Notes: generated by a model not told the origin, from the sequence alone. 64,000 nucleotides of DNA from Octopus vulgaris (GCA_951406725.2 OX597840.1:19158001-19222000); one strand, 5' to 3'; positions 1-14,208 are shown, numbered from the stretch's first letter. Numbers and translations: made by a program.

Positions 1-363
1 CTTTGTTATGGTTAGTTAATGGATAACCGACAACATAAATCAAATTAGGCAAAAAAAAATATATAAATATATATATAAGAATGTTTCCCGAACTTGTGAA
101 ATAGAATTTTATGAATGTACAAACAACTTGTTTATTTATATAAAACATTGCTTTTGTTTTTTAGGTTGAGGCTCCATGACAATGGTGATAGATAGAAATA
201 TAGGTAGGGAGATAGTCTGACAGATAGATAGATAGTCAGACAAATAGCTAAATAGATAGATAGGTAGATAGATAGGTAGGTAGACAGAAGGTAGATAGAT
301 AGATAGACAGTCAGACAAATAGCTAAATAGATAGATAGGTAGATTGATAGTCATATAGATAGG

Positions 364-442
<79 letters not shown>

Positions 443-559
443 GGAGAGAGAGGGAAAGAGAAAGAAGGAAGATCCCCCTTCCTATTAACCATTTATTTAT
501 TTATTTAGTCATTTACCATTGTATTGGAATGGATTTAAGGATGGTGACCTTTTAAAAAA

Positions 560-1960
560 AGATTTCATCCAACAAATACCTCCCGCTGTCACAGGAGGTA
601 CTATACTTATATAACCCATACTTTAGGCCTAGAAGCAATCATACACTGGGTAGAGAAACATAGAAGACGGATAAATGAACGCTTCAAGGCTGACTTCATC
701 ACCAAGGCCACACTCCTAGCACTAGAAGAAAATAACTTTAGTTTCGACAATAAGACATATCGACAGATAAAAAGGCACGGCTACGGGGATGCGGTTTGCG
801 CTCCCTCATACGCAAAGTTAGTTGTGGGATACTTGGAAGAAACACTTTATGAGGAAGTAGAAAAACTTTTGATCAGGAGCACAAAAAATACATCATTAGA
901 AAATGGAAACACTTCCTTGATGATTGTCTCATGTTCTGGGACAGATCGCATGAAGATCTAACTATATTTAACAATATGCTGAACACATTTCACCCATCCA
1001 TCAAATTCACGACAGAATCCAGTTGCAATGAATTACCATTCCTGGAGATCCACTTAAAAATACAGAACTCCACAGTCACAACAGACATATTTTACAAAAC
1101 AACTGACACACACCGATATTTAAATTTCTATTCTTGCCTTCCATCATACATCAAAAGAAACACCCCATATAGCATGGTAAAACGCATCTGTGCTATAGCG
1201 ACTGACCTCAAAATACGTGAAATCCAACTCAACGAACTCAAAAGCTTCCTCACCATTCAGAAATACCCCTTAGGATTAATTAATGAGGGAATTAAAAAGA
1301 CGATGAAACTGACCATCACCCAACTACGGACACTTAAGGAAAAAGTTAATGAAAACACGATTCCGTTCGTTAACACACACAGTCCTGGAATAACCAACAT
1401 CTTTCACACCATAAAATCGAACCAGTCTATACCCCTACAAAGCCCCAAAATGAAAAATCTGATTGAAAAAATACCTTACGGAATAGTAGATACCAACCAA
1501 AAAAATCTTAAAATACACCTCACAAGGGCAGAATTCAAATCAGAGAACGAATCGGAATTCTTAGTAAAAGAATGAAGAAATAGGAGACTTGGAACATGCG
1601 ACAACAACATCTTTAAATACTTAGAAAGTGGTTCCCACATAAAATTCAAGAGCGGACCCCTTTTCAAAATAAATGCAGATATCAACTGCAAAAACGCAAA
1701 ACCTCATATACTGCATTAACTGCCTAAACTGCAAAGAAAATTACATTGGTGAAACAAATAATTTCCTCTGCCAACGTGCAAGAATCCACAGGCAACATAT
1801 CCGACAAGAGGAATTACGCAAGATTCCATTAAGTAAGCACCTGGAGATATTCAGCAATGGAAGATTCAAAAATTTTCCTTTTACAAGTGTGTTCGGGACT
1901 ATCCGCAAAACCGAAAAGCAATGGAACTACATTTCATCAAAAAATTCTCTCCAGAACTGA
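560..1960 (+). pseudogene. PLE reverse transcriptase + GIY-YIG endonuclease, frameshifted
   Basis: KWKHFLDDCL at 901-930 in frame with 931..1575 (HPSIKFTTE..LPFLE..TDIFYKTTDTHRYLNF, typical PLE RT/thumb). 1673..1960 reads NLIYCINCLNCKENYIGET..R..H (GIY-YIG). Confidence 0.9.
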
Positions 1961-2082
1961 ATGTTTGAAAGAAAAGGGAGGTGAAAAAAGGAAGAAAAGG
2001 GAAAAGAGAGTGGGGAAGAGAGGAGAGGGAAGAGAGAAAGGAAGAAAAAAGACTTTCAGTGATGACTACCCCACACTTTTTT

Positions 2083-2136
2083 TTGTTTTGAAGAGGTCAC
2101 CATCGTTAAACCCATTCGGAAACAAATGTAAATGAC
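2083..2136 (+). ncRNA. Degenerate hammerhead-like motif in PLE 3' pseudo-LTR (further-decayed mirror at about 508-558, minus)
   Basis: ttgtt-TTGAAGA-ggtc...ttcg-GAAA-caaatg-TA-aatga. Stem I pairs only with wobbles and stems II/III are imperfect. Confidence 0.35.
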
Positions 2137-3489
2137 TAAATAAATAAATGAATGGTGAATAAGAAAGGGGATCCCCTTCTCTCTTTCTCTCTCTCTCTAT
2201 CTATCTGTCTGATTATCTATCTATCTATTTATTTATTGATCGATCGATCGATCTATCTATCTATCAACCTATTTCCCTGCCTATATTTCTATCTATCTCC
2301 ATTGTCATGGAACCTCACCCCCAAAAAAACAAAAACAAGTTCTCCTCTTCTAAACAAAACCCCCAAAAAGCATCTGTTGCATATAAATGAACAAGCTGTT
2401 TGTACATTCACAAAATTTTATTTGACAAGTTCGAGAAACAAACAAAAGCGCTAATAATAATGAAAATAATAATAATAATAATAAAATGATTTTTTTCCAA
2501 AATTCTGACGACCTTTTTTCTCAATATTCAATTTCTGTACACCATACCTAACACTCTATACACACACACACACATACACACACGCACACACATACACACA
2601 CACACGCACACACACATACGTAGTTTCATGTTCATTGGTGCGCGCGCGTGCGTGCATGCGTGTGTGCGTTAGTGTGTGTGCATGCGTGTGTGTGCGAGTG
2701 TGTATGTGTTCGCGCGCACGTGCGTACGCTTATAGGCGTGTGTATGTACGCGTATGTATGGATGTGCCTTGGTGAATTTCATGTAATTGTAATTTTTGTT
2801 TCAGAAAATCTTTTCTTTTCATCTTTATGCTAACTACCTACTATATACATATACACGCACTCAGGCGTTTATACACACATACATATATACATCCATATAT
2901 ATACATCTACCAATACATATATAAGTGCATGTACATGCATACACACAAAGATAATTATACATATATACCCACACTAACTCACACACAAATATATAAACAT
3001 ATATATACATACATATACATACAGACTTACAAGCACACACGTGCACATACGCACGCACACACACATATAGATATATATTGATACACACATATGTACATAC
3101 AAACATATACATACATACATACGTATATGTATACGGTTGCATGTACGTACGCGTCCATATATTCGTGTGCTTCTCACATACTCATACATATACATATACA
3201 CATATATGCACATAGGCATACATGCATGCATATTTACAAACATACATACATACATAGTTAAACCAGCGTGCATAAAAACAAACATATACACAGACACGTG
3301 CGCGCGCATTCATATGTATGCATACACAACATGATTCACTTAATATTTTCATTACAGTTGTATCCGTTGCTTCCTTTTCATTTTAAGCACACCTTGGGAG
3401 TACTTATCTACTAATCGCATAGATAATCTCAGTTGATAGTAGATTTTCAACTCCATGTGAATTCATGTGAGCATACATGTGTTTGTGCA

Positions 3490-3784
3490 TGTATGTATGT
3501 ATGTATGTATGTATGTATGTATGTATGTATGTATGTATGTATGTATGTATGTATGTATGTATGTATGTATGTGTGTATGTATGTATGTATGTATGTATGT
3601 ATGTGTGTATGTATGTATGTATGTATGTGTATATGTATATATATATGTCTATATGTGCCTACATATATACATATACACATATATATATATATACACACAC
3701 AATCGTATGCATTTATGTATATGGCGCAGAAGCATTTATACGCACATATACATGCATATACATATATGTGTGTGTGTGTGTATG

Positions 3785-3860
<76 letters not shown>

Positions 3861-3972
3861 TATATACATATATATATATACATACGAATATGTATATATG
3901 AATATATATATATATGGATATCTATCTATCTGTCTATATATGCATATCCAGCTGTCTGTATATGTATATCTA

Positions 3973-4024
<52 letters not shown>

Positions 4025-4069
4025 CATACATACATATATACGTATATACATATATATATATATATATAC

Positions 4070-4115
<46 letters not shown>

Positions 4116-4120
4116 GTATA
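3490..4120. repeat. (TATG)n/(TA)n/(CA)n microsatellite block
   Basis: Direct reading. Confidence 0.95.
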
Positions 4121-4479
4121 TATGCATGCAGACGTGTTTGTTTTTCTGTGTGTATGTGCATATGTATTTTCTATCATTTGGGCTTATATTCCTAAACGTG
4201 TAATAATCCTTTCTCCGATGTTCTCAGCTGATATTTACTTTCCCGGACTCTTAAGCCGCCGATAAAATATCACGTGAAAGATTGAACACGCTCACATTAA
4301 AAACACAACAACAACAATAACAAAAACAGCAGCAGCAGCAGAAGCAGCAGTAGCAACTACAACAACCATGACAAAAACGTCTTAAGCCGTTGATAAATAT
4401 CTCTTGAATGATTCAGCAATACGCATTAAGGCAACGACCTGTCTTGTATCACGTCTGTTTTGTCGTGATGGCTCTATAG

Positions 4480-4934
4480 TTTTTCCACACCGTTACGGAA
4501 GGCAAGTGTCCCTTTATCAATGCTATTGTATATATTAGACACATGCGTGAATGTGTGGTAAGGAGTTTACATCCTAACCCAATGGTTCAAGGTTCATTCC
4601 CACTGCGTAGAACCTTGGGCAAGTGTTTTCTATCAACTATAGCCATGAGCTAACAAAAACCTTGTAAATGGATTTGGTTGGCAGAAACTGAAAGAAGCCG
4701 GTCGCTTATATATATATATATATATATTTCTGCCAACCAAATCCATTTACAAGGTTTTTGTTAGCCCATGGCTATATTTGATAGATAACACTTGCGCAAG
4801 GTTCCACGCAGTGGGAATGAACCTTGAACCATTGGGTTAGGATGTAAACTCCTTACCACACAGTCACGCCTATGTCTAATATATACAAAAGCATTGATAA
4901 AGGGACACTGGCCTTCCGTAACGGTGTGGAAAAA
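4480..4934. repeat. Fold-back inverted duplication (about 210-bp arms) around a (TA)n tract, containing a tRNA-SINE head
   Basis: 4480-4688 vs 4727-4934 reverse complement, with several substitutions. Confidence 0.9.
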
Positions 4935-4944
4935 TTGAGCATGT

Positions 4945-5323
4945 CCCTTAATGGCTGTCGATATGTGCATCTCTGATCAAGAGCAGAAGTGGGGGAGCAT
5001 CATAGCCATGTGTTGAGAGGGATTCTTTGGGTTTGAATAATTCACCTCTGGAAACATGATTGTTTCGTTCAACATCCTTAAACAAACCTTATTCAGGGAC
5101 CTTTTGAGTGGGATGGGTTACTTAACCAGAAGAAAATTCTAACTGGTCCCACCTGTAAGCTGATGTGCTGTTTATCTTGATATGGGAGCACCATGTCGTG
5201 CACATATGGTTGTGATGCATGTGCCTGGTGTACCCTTATCAGACGGGTAGTCATGATGGGCATACTGGGCTTCGTATATTTTACCCCAGTGTCACTTTGA
5301 TGGCATGCACTGCTCTCTCACTC
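4945..5323 (+). mobile_element. Non-coding retroposon 3' segment ending in (TAA)n
   Basis: Homologous to 41236-41783 (minus). Tail ...gtcactttgatggcatgcactgctctctcactc is followed by (TAA)n. Confidence 0.8.
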
Positions 5324-5367
<44 letters not shown>

Positions 5368-5417
5368 TGATGATGATGATAATAATAATAATAATAATAA
5401 TAACAATAATAATGATG

Positions 5418-5498
<81 letters not shown>

Positions 5499-5814
5499 GT
5501 AATAATAATAATTATTATTATTATGATAATGATGTATTCGCTATCAACTAGTAAGGATTGACGTCCTTGGGCTGCTCATGCAGATCTCATAAAACTCTTC
5601 ACATTCTCCTAAACTAATAGTGATGATGGGGGTAGTGATGGTGGTGGTGGTAATGCCATGATGATGTTGAGCAATTGAATAAAGAAGACGAAAAAGAAGA
5701 CGAAAAGGAACGAAGCAAGGAAAGAAGAGAAAGACAAGGGAGGAGGGAGAAGTGTAGGAAAAGAGGGAGGAGGAAAGCGAGGTTAGGGGAAGTAGGAGGA
5801 GAGAAGCGAAGGAA

Positions 5815-6068
5815 GAAGAAGAAGAAGAAGAAGAAGAAGAAGAAGAAGAAGAAGAAGAAGAAGAAAAAGAAGAAGGAGAAGAAGAAGAAGAAGAAGAAGA
5901 AGAAGAAGAAGAAGAAGAAGAAGAAGAAGAAGAAGAAGAAGGAGAAGGAGAAGAGGAAGAAGAAGAAGATGAAGAAGAAGAAGAAGAAGAAGAAGAAGAA
6001 GAAGAAGAAGAAGAAGAAGAAGAAGAAGAAGAAGAAGAAGAAGAAGAAGAAGAAGAAGAAGAAGAAGA
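5815..6068 (+). repeat. (GAA)n tract, about 250 bp
   Basis: Direct reading. Confidence 0.97.
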
Positions 6069-6339
6069 ATCGGAACCACAACTGCAATGAGGGGAAGAAA
6101 GAAACAAGAAGAAGAAAGGATAGCAATTAGCGACCAAATTAATTGGTCGGTTTAAAAAAAACAGTCGTTCAAATATTTATAGCGATTTTTAGCCGATGTC
6201 CGAAAAGACTGCTCATCCTAAAAGTGTTTTATTAACTTTGTGACATCTGCACTATCTTTATAATAACAGGGTAAAAGGTGTTTTGAGATAATGTCATAAT
6301 TGCCCCTGAAGTAAAGGACAAAGTATTGATTATATATGC

Positions 6340-6906
6340 ATGTATGTATGTATGTATGTATGTATGTATGAATGTATGTATGTATGTATGTATGTATGTA
6401 TGTACGTACGTATGTATGTATGTATGTATGTATGTATGTATGTATGTATGTATGTATGTGTGTGTATGTATGTATGTATGTATGTATGTATGTGTGTGTG
6501 TATGTATGTATGTATGTATGTGTGTATGTATGTATGTGTGTATGTATGTATGTGTGTATATATGTATGTATATATGTATGTATGTATGTACGTATGTATG
6601 TATGTATGTATGTATGTATGTGTGTATGTATGTATGTGTGTATGTATGTATATGTGTATATATGTATGTATGTATGTGTGTATGTATGTATGTGTGTATG
6701 TATGTATGTGTGTATATATGTATGTATGTATGTATGAATGCATGTATGTATGTATGTATGTATGTATGTTTGTATGTATGTGTGTATGTATGTGTGTATG
6801 TATATATGTATGTGTGTATGTATGTGTGTATGTATGTGTGTATGTCTGTATGTCTGTATGTATCTATCTATCTATATGCTAGTCAGTCTGTATATTTATC
6901 TATCTG

Positions 6907-6980
<74 letters not shown>
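6340..6980. repeat. (TATG)n + (TG)n microsatellite
   Basis: Direct reading. Confidence 0.95.
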
Positions 6981-6982
<2 letters not shown>

Positions 6983-7099
6983 TGTCTATGTCTGTGTGTG
7001 TAACATGTGTTTAAAAACTTCTAGCGAACGTGAAATTATTCGTTTTAATGGTTGAAATTGAAGTAGATAAAGCTATTAATGTGGCGTGTAAATTTTTAA

Positions 7100-7155
<56 letters not shown>

Positions 7156-7417
7156 GTATATATATCTTATATCGGGCGTTCGAGGTACAAGGACCAAGTT
7201 GTGCGTCATTAACCAGCTGGAAAAGATATTTTCCTGGGGTGAAAAAATCGTAGTAACATCGTCCTAATCGGGACTGCCACTTGAGGTTGGCAAATAGTAT
7301 TTACTATCTACTACTTTTACTGCTTTCTTGTCGCTCAGAGATTTAAACTAATTGTTTTTTTCCTTACACGCACACACACACACACACAATCAAACACACA
7401 CACACACACACAAACAA

Positions 7418-7450
<33 letters not shown>

Positions 7451-7636
7451 CAAACACACATATTGTTGTGTCTGGGGAGAGTAATTTTGTCTTAGGGCTT
7501 TTTACAAAAGCGAAGTATACATAATATACGTATATATTCATATATGTATATGTGTGTATATGTGCATGTATGTATACAGAAAGAGTGAGATCATACATAC
7601 AAACACACACACACACACACACACACATTTATATAT

Positions 7637-7679
<43 letters not shown>

Positions 7680-7907
7680 CTTCCATGCATACTTACAGAG
7701 GCTCACATTAAAGTGCCAACACATATATACATACATGTTTATATACACACACTCCTAGCTTCCGTTTAGTTTCCGTCTACTAAATTCTACTCACAAAGTA
7801 CTGATGAACCCAGATCTATCGGCGAAGACTTTACCCCCCCCCCTTATCTCGAGAGAGCTCCATTAAATATTAAAATAGTGGCGATAACAACAACAACATA
7901 ACAACAA

Positions 7908-7996
<89 letters not shown>

Positions 7997-8048
7997 GCAA
8001 CAACACCAGCAACAACAAAAACAAAAAACAATGATGATGATGATGATG

Positions 8049-8081
<33 letters not shown>

Positions 8082-8085
8082 GAAC

Positions 8086-8147
<62 letters not shown>

Positions 8148-8535
8148 TAAAATAATATAAAATAATAATACTATTATGGAAAGCCTAAAATAACATGGTG
8201 TCGTAAGACTGGCGTATATAATTTACCTGCTGTGTATGAATCAGTTAATGTTTTTTATGAATGTGGTGGTTGAAGTTATTGTAATTGTTATCGATGTTGA
8301 TTGTTTTCAGTTCTATTCTTGTTCGTGTCTCAGTTCACTCGAAAATGGCGACCACTCTGTTTGTCTGTCTGCCTGTCTGACGGTTTGCCACTATTATCGT
8401 TCAATGGCCTTTGAAGAAACAGGCACGCTTTACTATATATACATATGGAAACTTGTCCGTATCGTCTCTTTTCTCTTGTTGTAGCACATTCGTCATATAT
8501 ATATATATATATATATATAGGTGTGTGTGAGTGTC

Positions 8536-8766
8536 TACTCTTTTACTTGTTTCAGTCATTTGACTGCAGCCATGCTGGAGCACCACTTTTTGTCGAATAA
8601 ATCGACCCAGGACTTATTCTTTGTAAGCATAGTACTTATTCTATAGGTCTCTTTTTGCCGAACAACTAAATGACTGGGACGTAAACATGCCAACATCGGT
8701 TATCAAGCAATGGTGGGGGACAAACACAGACACAAATAACAAACACTTACATACATACATACATAA

Positions 8767-8799
<33 letters not shown>

Positions 8800-8958
8800 C
8801 ATACACACACATATATATAGATACGATGGGCCCCTTCAGCCTCCGTCCAACAAATCCACTCACGAGGCTATAGTAGGAGACACTTTCCCAATGTGCCACA
8901 CAGTGGGACTGAACCCGGAACGATGTGGTTAGGCAGCAAGCTTCTTACTGCACAGCCA
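8536..8958 (-). mobile_element. tRNA-derived SINE, family A (internal microsatellite)
   Basis: Reverse-complement homolog of 39519-39933, with head ..ccgggttcagtcccactgtgtggc.. and tail ..gcagtcaaatgactgaaacaagtaaaagag. Confidence 0.85.
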
Positions 8959-9629
8959 AAAAAGATCATACAGGCGACAACAAAACATCCAGACAGTTGG
9001 ATGATACAAAAAGGGACATGAAAAAACAAGGACGAGTCATTCGGAGTTTTCTTTCATCAGTCGAGTTCCAAATTATCTTTGCATTTTCGGCTGGTTATAG
9101 TCGTGACTGCTCCAATTTGGCCAACCCCAAGGAAAGTCTAAGCTAAGAGCAGTAGATTACTTGGAAGAAAGCAGTGAATGCATACGAAAACAAGGACGGA
9201 AAAAGACGGAGAAAGACGGAGAAATGGTACAGAAATAAAAATGTAAACAACAGGATATTAACAACAGGTGTCTTTTGACTAAGGATGAATTAAAGGATGA
9301 ATTAAGCTGGCGTATGTGGAAGTGAAGCCTTACGGCAAGCACATGGGAGATGTCAGGCATGTGAAGGAATATAGATGTTGCACAGATGGTAGTGAAACCG
9401 AGAAAGAAATGTCAGGCTGACCTTGACATTATAGATAAATTCGACACTTTCCTTCTAGGCATGGTTATTATACATTATACAGAAATACACGGGTGCAGAA
9501 GATAGTAAACAATGACAATAACTGGGCAACGAAAATTATATTTCTTAATACGATGGGCAATAATTAAATAAGAATTTTTTACGGAAAATACAGAATTGTA
9601 CGGGTTGAAGCGAAATTTGTCAGCGAATC

Positions 9630-9690
9630 ACGGTTTATTCTGATTCCTTCGATATTGACTCCAGTATCGAAGGAATCAGAATAAAACCGT
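9630..9690. other. Near-perfect 61-nt hairpin
   Basis: acggtttattctgattccttcgatattg-actc-cagtatcgaaggaatcagaataaaaccgt; about 28-bp stem with one bulge and one G-U. Confidence 0.85.
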
Positions 9691-10185
9691 TAACAGAAAA
9701 ACACAAGACCGTTGCAAGTTTAACTCATTTTTACATTTTTACCTTGTTTTGTACTGGTGCAAACTCCGTTGGTGAAAACCACGCGCACATATACATAAAC
9801 ACACATATATAAATACACATATGAAGAGAGTGAGATATAGGGGGGGGAGGATTGTTGTCATGTCGACAAAGCTGTAAATCCAACAACCAACTATCACATG
9901 CACACTAGAAAAATAAAGATGTTTCATTTAGAAAATAAATAACGACGTACAACAGATTTCCACCATTTTGAAACTCCTCATCCTACACCTGCTTCGTACT
10001 TTGCTATTGATACATAAAACTACGTATCCTTGGAGTCAGTTTTCCCATTGTGTGGAAGTTTTTAAGACGTCATTAATGATTCATCCTAAAATCCTCAGTT
10101 ACTTCATTTGTTTGTACGAGAAAAATAGAAGTGAAAACAATAAAATAATAATTATAATAATAATAATAATAAAAATAAAAATAAA

Positions 10186-10217
<32 letters not shown>

Positions 10218-10231
10218 TAATAATAATAATG

Positions 10232-10297
<66 letters not shown>

Positions 10298-10357
10298 GTA
10301 ATGATGATAATAATAATAATAATAATAGTACTGATAATAATAATAATGATGATGATG

Positions 10358-10412
<55 letters not shown>

Positions 10413-10414
<2 letters not shown>

Positions 10415-10553
10415 GGCACTGCACACATCCTACGCAGAACACTTTCCATACAATAACCATCAGAGCATCACAACAAATCACAGCACATACCCAAGGCACA
10501 CAGAGCTGCGCTCGGTAGTGAAGTGAAAGCACGCTATAAAAATAAAACTACTG
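10413..10553 (+). mobile_element. Dong/R4-type RLE retrotransposon 3' terminus in (TAA)n
   Basis: GTAHILRRTLSIQ* plus a 3' UTR nearly identical to 51960-52104; (TAA)n on both sides. Confidence 0.85.
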
Positions 10554-10572
10554 AATAATAATAATAATAATG

Positions 10573-10661
<89 letters not shown>

Positions 10662-10819
10662 AATAATAATAAAAATAATGATAATAAACGATGATATTGA
10701 TGATGATGATAATTATGAAGCGAAAGCATTTACAAGTTGTGTATCAACGTCAGTTACTTGTTCTCAGCGTTGACATTCTGATTTCTATATGTACGTGTGT
10801 GTGTATATATATACGTATT

Positions 10820-10886
<67 letters not shown>

Positions 10887-11411
10887 TTTTCAGAGCCAGG
10901 GTTTGACTGCTATTTCGGCATGATGGTATCTCTCAGATACCCTTATTTATAGTTGTGAAAAATTATTACCTTTGTATGGTATTTATTCCCATGCTGGCCA
11001 CTTGATAATATCGATATTTAAATATCGATATTATCCTTATTTATAAATATATATATATATATATATATACATATTCGTACGTATGTAAAAGCGTATATAT
11101 ACATACATACATACATACATACATACATACATACATACATACATACATACATACATACACAGACACATATACACGCAAAGAACTACGCAAGTGCTGTCCG
11201 CTGCATGTCTCTCTTCAGGCGTCGCCATATTGCCTTCATCCGTTTGTAGCAATAAATCAGTTGCGTTTGTTTTGGGATTTGTTATAATTGTTTTACACTG
11301 CTTCATATACACAAACACACACACAGACGCACAAATATTCTTACACACACATCTGTATAATTAAATGCGATGTTGGGAAACGTAATATGCCGATGCAAAT
11401 TGATAATTGTG

Positions 11412-11474
<63 letters not shown>

Positions 11475-11544
11475 ATTATGCGTGTGTGTGTGTGTATATA
11501 TATATGTACATATATGTATTTCCCCCTCTTTCTCTCTTTCACTC

Positions 11545-11612
<68 letters not shown>

Positions 11613-11689
11613 TTGAGTTGTGGGGTATCGCACGAGTGGGATTATATAAGAAAAAAGGTTTGAAAATGCAATTTAAACGATGTTTATTT

Positions 11690-11730
11690 ACTTAACCGGT
11701 TTCACTCTTTGGTAAAAGATTGTCAAAAGT
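11690..11730 (-). ncRNA. Minimal type I hammerhead ribozyme variant (U3-A8)
   Basis: Mirror copy of 14168-14208. Confidence 0.6.
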
Positions 11731-11744
11731 TACATTTAAGGAAA

Positions 11745-11971
11745 CATTGAATAATATGGGTTCAAAAAAGTTTTTTACATAATTGTCACATTGAATATTA
11801 TGCATTCAAAAAAGTTTTTTACATAATTGTCACATTGGATAGTATGGGTTCAAAAAAAGTTTTTTACATAATTGTCACATTGAATATTATGCATTCAAAA
11901 AAGTTTTTTACATAATTGTCACATTGGATATTATGAATTCAAAAATGTTTTTTATACATAATTGTCACATT
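11745..11971. repeat. 5 x about 44-bp tandem repeat (mirrored at about 13926-14153)
   Basis: Unit cattgaatattatgcattcaaaaaagttttttacataattgtca, with alternating gggttc/gcattc variants. Confidence 0.9.
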
Positions 11972-12116
11972 ATTTGGGAAAATTTGGCAGAAAAGGATAA
12001 AACAAATATATTATTGGGAATTGGTTGCGTTAATTATTGGTTGTCGCAAATTGTCACATTACATGTATATATATACAATCTTTGGTATATATATACAGCG
12101 TTTTGACAGCGTTTTG

Positions 12117-12193
12117 ACGTATGTGCGCGGTCAATGCCCGCTAGTGTGTCCACGCATAGGACACACTAGCGGGCATTGACCGCACACATACGT
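12117..12193. other. 35-bp-arm hairpin with 7-nt loop
   Basis: acgtatgtgcgcggtcaatgcccgctagtgtgtcc-acgcata-ggacacactagcgggcattgaccgcacacatacgt (1 mismatch). Confidence 0.9.
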
Positions 12194-12245
12194 GGCATGC
12201 ACACGCATGCATTATATATATGTAGGTGATGTATGTGTGTGAGTG

Positions 12246-12283
<38 letters not shown>

Positions 12284-12382
12284 ACTGTGTGCGTGTGTGT
12301 GTATATGTGTGTGTGCGCGCGTTGTATGTGTGTGTGTGTGTGCACGTGTGTATATATGTGTGTGTGTGTGTGCACTGTGTGC

Positions 12383-12423
<41 letters not shown>

Positions 12424-12460
12424 CATTGTGTACGTGTGTATGTATTTACATATGTATCTG

Positions 12461-12507
<47 letters not shown>

Positions 12508-13314
12508 TGTGTGTGTATATGCATGGTATGTGTGTATATGTTAGTACTTTGTTTGTGTGTATGTGCGGCATGTAGAGATATATTTGAGTGTGTACGCTAT
12601 AGGTTTGTAATTTGTGTGTGTGGGGGGGGTGAATTTTTTATATATATATATGTGTGTGTATGTGTGTGAAAAAATATATGTATGTGCATGTATGTATGTA
12701 TGTATGTGTGTATATATATATATATATATATGTGTATATATATGTGTGTGTGTGTATGTGTGTGTGTGTATATTTATTTGCATGTTTATGTGTGTATAAA
12801 CATGTACATTATTTGCATGCGCATTGTGTATATGTATATTGTATGTATGTGTATTGTATATGTACGTGTACAATTAAGTGTATATATTTGTGTGTATGTG
12901 TGCACTGTATATATGTATATTGTAGGTGTGCTATATGTGCATGAATACATGTATATGCATTGCGTGTATATATATGTATGCATTGTGTGTGTATGTATGT
13001 TATGTGTGTGTGTGTGTATATATATATTATATGTATGCGTACGTGTATGTGTATGCATTGTATGTATGTGTGTTGTGTGTATATGTGGTACATCTATGTA
13101 TGTGTATGTAAACACTATTTATATGTATATGTGTATATATGTATATACATTGTCTATATATATATATATTATATGTATGTATTGCGTATGTATATTGCAT
13201 GCATATATTGTGTATGTATATTACTTACATGCTGTATGTGTGTATTGTATGTGTGTATATATATGCTAGGTGTATTTGTGTGATATTTATATTATGTATG
13301 TATGTGTGCGTGTG

Positions 13315-13363
<49 letters not shown>

Positions 13364-14167
13364 TTATATATCTGTGTATGTTATATATAGATACATGTTA
13401 TATTTGTGTGCTGTGTGTATATGTGATATATGTGGGTGCGTTGTGTGTGGGTGTGTGTGTTCTGTGTGTGTGTGTGTTGTTTGTATGTGGTGTGTGTTTG
13501 TATACTATGTGTGTGTGTGTGTGTGTTGTTGTGTGTGTGTGTGTTTGTGTGTATATATATGTGTGTGACAAACAGACGCTGTCTGACCAGCAGGCATGGA
13601 CACATCTATTCACACCCGCATACTAACCTCCTGATAACCCCAAAATCATTCATGCATAAAGGGGAAGTATACACCACATTGGCTACTTCTTCTGTTCTCT
13701 CAGTTCAGCCTTTCTGCTAATACTGACAGGTCAGTAAAAACATACTTAAAATATTCTGAGATGTACAAAAAATCCATTTTAATTTTTGCTGTCAAAACGC
13801 TGTATATATATACCAAAGATTGTATATATATACATGTAATGTGACAATTTGCGACAACCAATAATTAACGCAACCAATTCCCAATAATATATTTGTTTTA
13901 TCCTTTTCTGCCAAATTTTCCCAAATAATGTGACAATTATGTATAAAAAAACATTTTTGAATTCATAATATCCAATGTGACAATTATGTAAAAAACTTTT
14001 TTGAATGCATAATATTCAATGTGACAATTATGTAAAAAACTTTTTTGAACCCATACTATCCAATGTGACAATTATGTAAAAAACTTTTTTGAATGCATAA
14101 TATTCAATGTGACAATTATGTAAAAAACTTTTTTGAACCCATATTATTCAATGTTTCCTTAAATGTA

Positions 14168-14208
14168 ACTTTTGACAATCTTTTACCAAAGAGTGAAACC
14201 GGTTAAGT
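14168..14208 (+). ncRNA. Minimal type I hammerhead ribozyme variant (U3-A8)
   Basis: actt-TTGACAA-tcttt tacc aaaga gt-GAAA-ccgg-TT-aagt. Stem I actt/aagt, palindromic stem III accggt, GUU site; the stem II junction is non-canonical (U/U). Confidence 0.6.

Larger units (their letters stand above)
82..2440 (+). mobile_element. Penelope-like retroelement, 5'-truncated, with inverted 5' copy of its 3' pseudo-LTR
   Basis: RT and GIY-YIG remnants at about 560-1960. 82-558 is the diverged reverse complement of about 2088-2440 (ORF track 136..492- MVNRKGD.. vs 2152..2454+ MVNKKGD..). Confidence 0.9.

Noticed and set aside
9030-9066. Minus-strand CTGATGA...GAAT motif
   Set aside because: GAAA box imperfect and no stem I complement.
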